DNA of 63,854 nucleotides, the filler included, from Reticulomyxa filosa (lineage: Eukaryota; Protista; Foraminifera), in the NCBI GenBank assembly GCA_000512085.1. It is 22 parts of 22 records of this genome, joined end to end, with 100 filler letters (N's around TTAATTAATTAA, not from the genome) between each part and the next. Parts side by side here need not be neighbours in the genome. Positions count along the whole stretch, not along the records: positions 51,222 to 54,574 come from ASPP01027788.1; positions 54,675 to 57,719 come from ASPP01038501.1; positions 57,820 to 59,785 come from ASPP01005757.1; positions 59,886 to 60,958 come from ASPP01002083.1; positions 61,059 to 62,656 come from ASPP01000597.1; positions 62,757 to 63,854 come from ASPP01023233.1; 16 more parts are not named here. One strand, written 5' to 3'. Shown here piece by piece: positions 52,902 to 63,854 of this stretch. Positions within the stretch are counted from its first letter, which is position 1; every line of letters begins with the position of its first letter. The notes under the pieces were generated by a model. That model did not search any database. It was not told the DNA's origin and saw only the letters and a program-made list of their open reading frames with translations. A program made the translations under genes and the position numbers.

Positions 52902-54197
52902 ATGGTCTGTGTTATGAATAAAAAAATATTTGTAGGTACTTCTTCACATCAAAGGATCGGAAACAGATGACCAATTTGTTTTCCAATGTTTAACTTCAGA
53001 TTCAATTGACCTTATTTCTCGGTATTAATAATCATTCTTTCTTTTTATTGATACAAATAAGGTTTTATTTGAATTTGAATAAAATTACAGACAAGTTGTG
53101 GAAATATACAATATGCGCATTATAATCCGTCAATTTGCTGAAAGTGTGCATCAATTGAGTAAATTTGGCCCTATGCGTCCAGATGAAGAAAAAGGACTTT
53201 CGTCAAAGATATTGCGTGAAACAGTTTCCACGCCTGTTACCATGGATGCTGAAAAAGATCCAAATGCTTTAAGGATTGGACTTGGTATGTTTGATTGATT
53301 ACACCTTTGTTGATTCAAATAATAATTGTTGCACAATTATTTTATTCTTAAACAGCTCCTCCTGAAAATTTGCAAGAAACGCTGATCAAAGCTGTAAATG
53401 CTGCATTTGATTATATTGGCATAGTTAGGCAAATCTCAGCGAAGCTCCGCTTTTTCACTACTAATATTTGTGGACGTTTATTGAATATAGAATAGAACGC
53501 AAATGCGAGAGGAAACAACTTTCAAACAATTATTAGAACATTTCAACATTTTGAAAGGCTCGGTAATGATGGCATATCCAATGGGTTTGCCTGATGTTGA
53601 GTTTTCTAAAAAAAGTTCAAACCCCACATTGACGAAAATTGTATTGTCTTGATATTTTGAAATTAGTACGACCCAATTAAAGCCTATGTGGAAATTAAAG
53701 AAAATAATTTTGAAAACTTACTTGTAGACGTGTATCTCATCTGTGTATATATATATTTGACCTGTGAAAATAGGTAATTTACACAATTTGATAAACACAA
53801 TAGGAAAACAACAAATGTTTTGATTTAAAAACGGCACAACTTTGGTTCTCCTCCAGAAAACTTTTTCGTGAGGATATACTAGCAAAATACATTGGAAGCA
53901 ATGAGAAAAGCAAACTTGTCGTCAAAATAACAAAAGAAAAGGGTCATATACCGATAAGAGAACCGATGATTGACGAAGAAACACGAAAAAAAATGTTAGC
54001 CTTTTGGCACAAAAAACAAGAAGAAGACAAGGTAATATTTTTTACTATATTTTTTCGGGAAAACAGAGTCAAAAATATACTACGAAATTTAGGCGTTAAG
54101 AGAAGACGAAGATAATAGTTATCTGACTCAAGAATGGGCCAATCCCAGTTGCCTGAAACAAGAGTTTACTGGGATTTCTGTTGTTAAATTTCGTTAG
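52902..54197 (+). CDS. CFAP298: CFAP298 (C21orf59/Kurly/FBB18) axonemal dynein assembly factor, apparently complete, multi-exon
   Basis: M|VLLHIKG..DQF; EIYNMR; KFGPMRP; KDPNALRIG|APP; LKGSVMMAYPMGLPD|YDPI; AQLWFSSRKL; YIGSNEKSKLVVKI; REPMIDEETRKKMLAFWHKKQEE; DNSYLTQEWANP; stop TAG at 54195-54197. Confidence 0.95.
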
Positions 54198-54674
54198 TAC
54201 GATATTGTTCTGAAATTTGTTTTTTGTTATTTATTTACTTTTCAATCACGCAAAAAGTTTTTTCAACAAAAGTTGACGTTTACTCTTTTAAAATTGAAAA
54301 TATATTGTTCATCAAAACGAACCAGCGGACAAAAAACTATCAATGTATTCCTTCATTATTTTAAGCGTTATAATCTTTTTCATTGGCTGTCATCGAAATC
54401 ACAAATCCATACTTTGTCTTTTTTTCATCGCTTTGTTTACTTATGCACAATATCTCATAAGCAAATGGTTATTGTAAAAATTGAACTAATATATCATACA
54501 AATTAATGATGAACCAGATAAAATATTAAATATAATATGAAGTTTGTAGGGAAAGTCACTACATTACATTCTTANNNNNNNNNNNNNNNNNNNNNNNNNN
54601 NNNNNNNNNNNNNNNNNNTTAATTAATTAANNNNNNNNNNNNNNNNNNNNNNNNNNNNNNNNNNNNNNNNNNNN

Positions 54675-57664
54675 GATGCATGATTATCTTTATAATTTTT
54701 AAATGTGTTATCCACAAAGTTAATGTGGGATCTTTTATTATTTTGACTATTACTATGCCAAGTTCCTATCATTGCTGTTGTTTCAAATGTATTTTGTGAT
54801 ACATTCAATTGTATTGATGTATTTTCCGCTTTTGATATTTGATTAAAAAATATCGAAGCTGTTGATATCGCTTTAAATATATTGTTTGTTATTATTGCGT
54901 TAATTGTTTGATTTTTGAATGATGTGTCATCTTGTTCCATGTATATTCCATATTCTGCATTCAAACTACTTATATTATTATCACTTATTCTTATGATATC
55001 TTTATTACTTATATCATGAATATACACTAATGCTGTTGTTTCGTCATCTTCTTCCACATTTTTATTAATGCATGCTTCCACTGATTTTATTCCTGATATG
55101 CTTCCTATACTTCTTTTTATTTCTATGAATGATGGACCATTATTCTTTGATATTCTGCTCTCTTCCAATGTCCATGCCGAATCGGTAAAACGAACACAGG
55201 CAAAATTAAAGGTATTTAGCTGTTGTGTTTGATGAGAATTGACACAAATGTTGTCTTGCCAGCGAATATCTGTCAAGTAAGCATTTACGAATTGCAAGTC
55301 TATTAGATAGCCTGCAGAAAAATTTCCTACAGCATTATTTTCGAATGTAATATTTCTCCAAGTCAATAGAGATGATGCATATGCCTGTGGACATGACCAA
55401 CTGGAGGCGACATTTTGAAAGCTTGCTTTGGTAACCTAAAGTTTAATTTGCAATTACAACAAGAAAACACAAGTGTCGAATTTTTACAAAATAAATAAAC
55501 AAACAAATCTTTCAGTAGCGCTTACTTGTGTGGCGGCCAATGTTCCGGTGTTGTTAGCAAAGATGATGTCAAGGAAATGTGTCGCAATAGAAACAAGCGC
55601 CAATGGAATTTCTCGGAAAACAATGAGTGCTTGTCCAGCGCTGGTATATGCTTTATTGTTCAGGAATTGGGTTTGCTGAACAAAGGAAGCACGCGAGGAA
55701 TTGGTACCCATCATTTTTAATGACGTGCCATTATTGTATTGGAAAATACTTTTGGTGATATTCATTATACTCCAACTGTTATCAATAATTGTACCACTGT
55801 TGTTTTGGAATGATATGTCTCGATACCAAGTTATGGAGCTGTTTGAATGACATAGTAGACATTGTTCTTGTTTAGATGTGTAAACAATATTGCTTTCAAC
55901 TGTAACGTCATCCCACAAATAAGCACTCATCAATTGATTGAATATTACCGAATTGCCAGTAAAAGTATTGTTGTGGACATAACCATAACCGCAATAGGAA
56001 TAAATAATTCCTGTCGAATAAGCATTGTTGCTAAATGTTGTTTCAGTAACAAATAAATGATACCATTGATTGGAGATCATTTCATCTGCTGTCATTCCTG
56101 CAATACTAGTGAAAGGAGCTTGCCCACAACCGGTATTGATATTTTGTGGTGTAATCATAATCAAACTCTTGGACGACGGTGTTTCTGTACTGCTTGAAAA
56201 AATGTTTCCAATCATATCGACATTGGTGGATACTTTGCCATTAAAGGTAAGATATATAAATGCTCCTTTATTGCTGTGAATTTGATTTTGCAAAAATGTG
56301 ATGAGATTCCATCTCGTGTGATCAGATGGCCGATATACATGGCTTTGTGTCGTATTGCCATCCTCCATTACCACAAACACATCTGTATTGTTTTCAAAAT
56401 GGTTATTTGTCACTGTCATCACACTTGGAGCCTTTGAATTTTGGTTACCATTGCGAATCATTATCACTTCACCATTTGCTACATTGTTCTCGCTCATTGT
56501 CCAATTCAATAACCACTGAGATGTTGTTACATCAATCACCACAGCTGCGCGATTGTGGTAATTACTAAACGAACATTTATTCATTTGCAATTGCAGTGTG
56601 TTATTACCAGTAATATGCACTCCACTTCCACTTTTGATGTTTAATGTCGCCATAGTGAATTGATCTTGCTGCATTACTATCACATCTTCGGGATGAATGT
56701 GTATGTCCATTGCATTGGCATATGTATTAATAACAGAGTCTCGAATCTTGATATTCGCACCATAACGGCTGTCTCTTGAGTCATTCAATTGCAAAAATGT
56801 AGAGCCATCACTCATCACATTCCATACATCGATACGACTTACTTGACATTGTATCACTACGTTATGGTCTGCTACAATTGATTTCTCAAAGTATAATGCA
56901 CTGTCCTTCACTTCAAATATACTATTAGTCACATCATTATTGGAAAATGTGTTACTGCTTGCATTTAACAATGGTTCGTATTGAGACAAATCCGGACCGC
57001 TGTGGTATATCAAACTAATAACATCGTTGTCGCTAAAGTCATTGCTTTGCATAACAAAAACGGGTCCTCTTAGATATGCATTACTCAAATCATCGCTCAC
57101 AATTCGAATTATATAATTTAACGAATTTGACGAAAAGCTGTTACGCTCCCAATATATTCTGGCATTGTCTGTGCTGTTTTCGTTGTTTGCGATCATTTGT
57201 ATTAACATTAAATCACTGCCACCAAATTTTTGAAACGTGTTCTTTTGCATTGATACTACTGCCCGTTTTTCGTATGCATTGCTGTGCGTATTTAAGTCTT
57301 CCAGATATAAGCATGGTCCGTCAAATGTCGCAAAATTATTTGCATTCCACATTACATGGGGTGCTGTGCTCATCTGTGATCGGGCTCCTAACGACATATT
57401 GATGTAAGCTTGAGTGAAATTGTTGGCATCAAAATTAATTGAATCGGTTGGTTGAATATTATAAATTCGAATCATTTCTGACCATGACAAATCTTTATTA
57501 TCAAATATACAATTCTGGACTATAATATTCATTGAATTAGTCTTTGTAACATTCACTCGTTTTATATTTAATCCATGAACAAATGATTCGAATATCATTC
57601 CTTCCATTGAAATACTATTGCAATCTTCACAATACAAATATTCCGAGTTATCTTCTATTAACAT
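54675..57664 (-). CDS. Large Asn-rich right-handed parallel beta-helix repeat protein, internal fragment
   Basis: Dozens of I/V-x-N-x-x-F-x-N-N repeats over about 980 codons; a single short intron near 55436-55504. Confidence 0.75.
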
Positions 57665-57819
57665 GTTATTATGGACTGTATCAATTTTTCCATATAATTC
57701 AATCCATTTATTTGTTTGTNNNNNNNNNNNNNNNNNNNNNNNNNNNNNNNNNNNNNNNNNNNNTTAATTAATTAANNNNNNNNNNNNNNNNNNNNNNNNN
57801 NNNNNNNNNNNNNNNNNNN

Positions 57820-58153
57820 ACTTCGCAACCGATCGTAGTTACGCAGAGTATCCACAATTTTAGTTTATCCCAATACTCTTCCAATCGTTTACCTGACTGT
57901 GTCATCTGTGACGCCCCGAAATTGAGCCAACGAATCAAACGCTGAATTGGCTGCGCAATTGTGCTCAATTCGATTAGCTTTGCTCTCATTTGCTCACCAG
58001 ACGCATTATTCTCTACGTTTGTTTTCGCATTTGAGAGCGCGTCCACCAAAAGCTCTGCTACACATTCATGGAGCGGCTTTTCATCCCACCCTTGCATATT
58101 ATCATTATTCAAATGCACAGTTTCTTATTGCTTATCAAATATGTACATATACG

Positions 58154-58186
<33 letters not shown>

Positions 58187-59180
58187 ATGAATATGGATAT
58201 ATAACATATATGTACATTTAAGATTGTCTGTCAATTTCATGAATGCGCTTTCAAACAAGGATAACACATTCAAAAAATCAGAAAGCAATGCCTCGTGAGA
58301 CCACCAAATAGCATATGTCGCAGTCAATTGAAAAGTGATGGTTTTTTCGGGAGACGTAATGTGGTCGTTGGGCTGTGCGTTGTCTGCATGAAATTCGAGA
58401 GCTTTTGCTTCTTTGTCTTCGTTTGCATTGACTTCGTTAGATAATTTCTCAACGTCTTGGCTGGCTTGCAGTCGTCGATGATAATCCTCACCATCTTCGT
58501 CACTATTATCATCATTGTACATGAATTGTACAGATGGCTTGCTTTCTCTTTCCGCTTTGTGATTCAGTTTCGAACGATGTTCTTGTTGTTGTTGTTGTTG
58601 TTGCTGCTGTTGTTGTTCCTGCTGAGACGAAAAATAGTATTTCTTCCACACATTCATGGACGCGTGTTCCACAAAATTACACAAATGTTGGGCCAACAGC
58701 CGACGCAAATCTTTTGAAAAGCGATGTAATCTCAAGTTATTTTTTTGTTCCAATTCAATCACGTCATGAATAAGTGCGCGCATAAAGCTAAGTGGCCACT
58801 CATCGAATTTCACACCTAATCTGAATTCGATCAAAGACGTGTTTATTTGAGACATGAGGACTTTCACCAATCCATTGTCACCTTCGCTCTTTAATTGTTC
58901 GTAGGTGTCAAAGCAACGTCTGCGAAGCGACGATATAAATGCATGAATATGGCTGCTAAAGGGGAAGGTTGCTCCATCAAGAATGTCGTCACCGCGGAGC
59001 ACATGTAGCACTCGAGAAATCCTTGGTTCTTCCAGCAACATTAAAAAGACAGTGTCCATTCTTCCGTCGTCAATTTGTGACACGGATTGGTATAATTTCA
59101 AATTATGGTTCTCAAACAATACCATCAACACTATTTGAAAATAATGCAGAGAACATTCAACATTACATTAACTTTTTTTC

Positions 59181-59217
<37 letters not shown>

Positions 59218-59690
59218 ACACGATATGACAAACCTTCCGACATTGTATGTTTGATTTTCCCTGTCAATTTTAGCGCAAATTGACGTCGCAACGATCCTCT
59301 CTCCGGTAACTTGTCATTCAATACACTTTGCAAACAAGAAATGGCTCCCTGGTCCTTGGACAACACGTTTTGCAAGCGGCGTTCGATTGCTTGTTTCAAC
59401 TTGCCTTTGTCGTTTGGCTTATCACTTAAATAGTCTCGCAGTATATCGATTTGGGATTGCTCATCGAATTTCAAATAATTCAACGCCAATTCGTACGAGT
59501 TTATCAATAATTCGCCGGAAAGTTTGGAAAGTCGTTCCGCAAGAATCTCGGGTTCGCACAGACGAATATCGTGGATCGGTATTTCATTGGCGTTGCCAGG
59601 CAGAAGCGCATCCAAGAATAAGTGTTTCCATCTAAAACTGAAAACCAAGGGGTAATTCAGTCCACTTCTTCCACGGTTGCTGTGCACAAG
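57820..59690 (-). CDS. RNF213/mysterin-like giant AAA+ E3 ligase, internal fragment (3 exons)
   Basis: YPLVFSFRWKHLFLDALLP (cf. WQSVHIDDL), GSLRRQFALKL...VLFENHNLKLY (cf. GTFRHTLWKR...IDRDGNLELL) and FPFSSHI (cf. PFSW) occur in RNF213 order. Confidence 0.55.
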
Positions 59691-59750
59691 ACATGTACGT
59701 GTACAAAAAAAAAAAAAAAACCGTCATGTATATATCTCAAAACACAGTTT

Positions 59751-59785
<35 letters not shown>

Positions 59786-61499
59786 NNNNNNNNNNNNNNN
59801 NNNNNNNNNNNNNNNNNNNNNNNNNNNNNTTAATTAATTAANNNNNNNNNNNNNNNNNNNNNNNNNNNNNNNNNNNNNNNNNNNNGATCATATATATAAA
59901 GTGATGTTTCATTTGTCAAATTTCTTTTTTGGATATGAAAAATCTTATTTATAACTATGATTATGTAATTAGTAATTACAATTTGTAAACAGATCATAAA
60001 AGCAATTTTCTTTTAATAAAACTCAGGATCCAGGTAAAACTAATTTGTCGAATCCTTAAAATCAATTATATATGAAATAATAATTATGGTATAGAAAAGC
60101 AAAATTGAGGACATAAAGTTTAATTAAAAAAATGAAAATTGAAAACAAATAAAATAATATAAAAACTAATTGTTAGTATTTTTAAAAGTGATATATTTAA
60201 ATCAATTAATTTTGAAAATTTTTTGAAAATAATATGTACTGAAAATCGCAAAATAAAGAAATTTCATTTATAATGTATTTTAAATTATCACTACATAAAA
60301 ATAAAATTAAAAAATGTTTTTTGATATGAGAAAAAGATACTTACAATATTGAAAATTTTTTCTTAATAAAAGGGGCAAAGTGCTTGAAAAAATTCTTTTA
60401 CTTTTACTTTTGTTTTTTGTTATTCACTTGTTCTTTTATACGTTACGAAAAATTGCAACTACATTTTTTTGTCACAAATAGATTAAACTGCAGATTGAAC
60501 AAGACATCATTTAACAAGAAAAAGAAATAGTTCAAAAGATAGAACCATTCAAGATAGAATATTTTAGAGACGACAAGTTTTCAAAAAAGGAAAAAAAGCG
60601 GCATTATAGAACAATAAAACCTTTTGAAGGAATATATTTATTAATTATGAATTATTTAGATACGAATATGAATTTAAACAAAATGAACTTATATACCAAG
60701 AAAAAAAGGTGATTTTGATCATGAATGTGTTATCATAACATCAACTAATAATTGCCAAAATAAAGGCACTTGGCCGTTAATTAGTTAGTGTTGCCTTCAT
60801 TAACTAATATGTCACAAAACAAAAGATCTTCTGTCTCTACAAATGGATTGTCGTTGTGTTCATTAAATAATAGTAACTAAAACAAAGGTTTTTGTACATG
60901 AATGGCCGCAATCGTGTTCGTTAACTGATAATAGCCAAAACACAAACGAGCCAAATGGNNNNNNNNNNNNNNNNNNNNNNNNNNNNNNNNNNNNNNNNNN
61001 NNTTAATTAATTAANNNNNNNNNNNNNNNNNNNNNNNNNNNNNNNNNNNNNNNNNNNNTTGTTGGTTAAATTGATATTAAAGTGTATAAATGATACAAGA
61101 TCTATTTTCGCCAAAAGTAAAATTATCGCTTCAATGTTGAAGCATGGATGTTACTCTTTGTAACGTATTGTATTATTTAGTACTGTATTCAGTTTTGAGG
61201 TGCTTGTTTTACAATATTTTGCCTTTGTGTCAATTTAACAAATTACATTCTTCTCATCTAAAAAAAAAAAAAAAAAAGTGAAACCGGACAAAAAGAAACC
61301 CTTAGAGTGGTCGCCGAATCCGAAGGAAGGCGAGAAAAATCTGTACACATCTTTCAACTGCCCGAAGCAACGACAAAGCACCTGTAACTTTTTAAATTTT
61401 TTTGTTTGAGTTTTAATACTTTTTAATTTTCATTTTAACTTTTCTTATTTTATTTTGTTGTTAGATGAAGAGTTTTTGATATTATATTTACATATTTTG

Positions 61500-61810
61500 T
61501 TTAAACATTTTAATTAATTTGGATTTTGAAATGATATTTGATTAGAGATATTGATATCATTTAATTAAGATAATGTTCCAGAAATCTATTGGATTAAAGA
61601 TCATTCTGGTATTCCTAGAAATGATTTGATTTAACAGCATAGATTAACTGCATTCCTGAATTGAATCCCTTCTTTGCATAGCAATGGAACAGATATTGGA
61701 TTTGCGAAGGGCTGATATTCTAAGATATATAATACCACTATATTTACTGTCTAATTTGAGAGACTATTGAATATTTCCTGATAGAATGTTTGCTGTACGG
61801 TGAATTACGT
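61500..61810 (+). mobile_element. Degenerate non-LTR retrotransposon 3' fragment (RNase H + C-terminal zinc knuckle)
   Basis: EIYWIKDHSGIPRND (cf. WVKGHSGIPGNE) at 61581-61625; ETIEYFLIECLLYGELR at 61760-61810. Confidence 0.8.
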
Positions 61811-61859
61811 AGGCAGAAGCATCAATTTAAATTGAAATAACTTTATTGTCTTTCTTTTC

Positions 61860-62525
61860 ATTATTTTGTTATCTGGACCTTGAGCTTTGTACAGCGACAA
61901 ATATATTATAGTTTCAATAACTTCTTCAAACCAATGAAATTATCATTGCTTAGGTATTGCAACTTTGAATTTTATATCATAATGTTTTTTATCAACGTCT
62001 TTTGAGGCTGCAAAGCTTTGTCAATAGATATGCTTTCTCAGCATATGTATTCACCAATGCTGGAATAATACATATCTTATTGGTGTTCAATGCCTTGAGT
62101 TGTGTAAATAAATCATGCCGCGAATTAACGCTGTTGACCATATGCTGATGCTTTTCCAATTGCAATTTTCTTTGCAATTGCTTGTCCGATACAGCATCAA
62201 ATTCCCTGTTGTTCTTTGTTTACGAAATCTGTTCTTTAATCGATATAAACTGTCGATCCACCAGCTTCAACCAAGATTCGATCTCCCGATACAATTGAAT
62301 CAATAAATTTCATACAACTATCGATGTTCCTTTTCAATATCAATCTAAATTTCTCCCATTTTCTGCTCCTCAGATTCCAAGTCTTTATCTTTTGTCGCTC
62401 AATTCGTGGTGAAGACCACATGGTTTTGATATTGAAAGTGATTGGGATATGATCTGATTGCACATCCAATTTAATATCATCCGTTCTCCAATTACTAATT
62501 AATGGAAGAATGGACGATGAGCATA
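61860..62525 (-). mobile_element. Degenerate non-LTR retrotransposon fragment (end of APE endonuclease to RT domain 0)
   Basis: LCSSSIL...W...SDHIPI, WNLRSRKWEKF, EEVIETIIYLSLYKAQGPDN; interrupted by frameshifts. Confidence 0.85.
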
Positions 62526-63854
62526 ATAAAAAAAAAAAATCATTTTAATATCATTTATCATGATATAAACTTTTGAAAAAAGTTGCATTTTGAAGGAAGG
62601 AAGCAAAAACAAACTAGATACTGCAACATCTATTTTAAGTATTATATTTTAATTTTNNNNNNNNNNNNNNNNNNNNNNNNNNNNNNNNNNNNNNNNNNNN
62701 TTAATTAATTAANNNNNNNNNNNNNNNNNNNNNNNNNNNNNNNNNNNNNNNNNNNNTTTTTTTTTTTTTTTAAATATTGGCTTACGACGTTGCTACAAGG
62801 AAAATATAGGCATAAGAGGAAATAAATAGCAAAAAAAAAGATTGATTTAAAATGCACAGAAAATAACACTGTGAAGAAGAAAATTTAATATTGTATAATG
62901 AAATAGAATATTATCGAATGTAATCAATGGAAATATAAAAACATGAAAATATTTAAGAAGAAGAAGATACTAAATATTAAAAATTTACAATGAAAAAATG
63001 ATAAACATTTGGAAAATGATTTTTTAATCATTCAAAACATCACCACAATTATTTATTTTTTTTTTACGACTATCGATTAAAAAAAGTATTAATAACAATA
63101 ATTTTTTGCCATCCCCGCAAAAGTGCAAATCTATTAACACAAATAATTATTTATTTTCAAACGAGAATTCGCATAAAGATAATAAAATGTAAGATTTCTG
63201 TTATATGAAAGAATGAGATACATAAAGAAGAAATCATTCTTGTAAGAAGTCTTTGTTTTTTTTTTCTAGGAATGCCGCTTTCTGTGGTGCAATTTTGTTT
63301 ACACCAAAGTTTATAAACACTCCATAACTTGTAAAAGAAAGAATTAATACCTTCTTCTCTCCATGCAAAGGAACTTGAAAACAACAAACAAAAAAAAAAC
63401 TATTTTTTTTAAAAAAAAAAAAAATTATCACATTTCTTTATTTATCAATAATTAATAATGATTAGAATATAATTTTTTTATTATCATTTGATATTATTTG
63501 TTTTATATACATCATATATATTATAATGATCATATTTTAATTTATTTATATCAATAGGCTAAAGAACATTGAATAAATTAATTGTAATATTATCTAATTA
63601 TTAATTTATTTTAAAGTATTTAATTATCTAAATTTATTTTATTTTATTTTTAAATAAATGTAATTTTTATTGTTGATTTTATTGATAGAAGTTTTGCAAT
63701 AAAATAAAAATAATTTAAAGAAGAAAGAATTTACATTCTTTTTTGTTTTCGTTTATGATTAAAAAAAAATTATTATATATTTGATGAACTTTTGAACGTA
63801 AAAAAAAAAAAAAGAATCTTTTTTTAAAGAAGAAAATAATGACAGCAATAAAAA

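Noticed and set aside
25528-54197. A ciliary or other functional gene cluster
   Set aside because: The genes lie on separate concatenated contigs, so adjacency in the window carries no information.
61278-61390. U6 snRNA or a self-cleaving ribozyme
   Set aside because: A GCTTCGG hairpin and ACAGA are present, but the ACAGAGA box and ISL are absent and no hammerhead or HDV core could be fitted.
61500-62525. Twin-priming 5' inversion of a LINE
   Set aside because: Twin priming gives divergent fragments with an outer poly(A) tail; here the fragments converge.
1315-62756. Regularly recurring TTAATTAATTAA as a biological repeat or CRISPR-like array
   Set aside because: It is always centred in a 100-bp N-padded block, so it is an artificial linker. 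No CRISPR repeat-spacer array was seen.

Overview
This is not a contiguous locus. It is 22 short eukaryotic contigs joined by 21 artificial 100-bp linkers (N44-TTAATTAATTAA-N44), so gene neighbourhood across linkers means nothing. The DNA is AT-rich and intron-rich and carries many pseudogenes. The divergent MREVLTIEVGQAG alpha-tubulin, TRAF-zinc-finger-like fragments and homopolymer-rich introns suggest a foraminiferan such as Reticulomyxa (inference). Recognisable genes, mostly partial: alpha-tubulin, DHHC palmitoyltransferase, a CAMK-like pseudokinase, myosin (two pieces; N-terminus GYF_2+WW+SH3-like), a C45-type Ntn hydrolase, a FUT8/GT23-like fucosyltransferase, PIH1D2, a TEY MAP kinase, a Mip/FkpA-like FKBP, Nup155, a CSDE1-like cold-shock protein, an ankyrin protein, a HAD-like protein, CFAP298, a beta-helix protein, an RNF213-like fragment and RNase-H-bearing LINE remnants. 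Most interesting leads: a candidate gustatory-receptor-like (7TMIC) channel at 35.3-37.2 kb; an RNF213-like immune ligase; an intronless Nup155 ORF with an internal gradient to extreme AT content; two axonemal-dynein assembly factors; and an unusual GTT-donor / A-rich-acceptor intron grammar. All family calls come from recognising motifs by eye; no database search was run.
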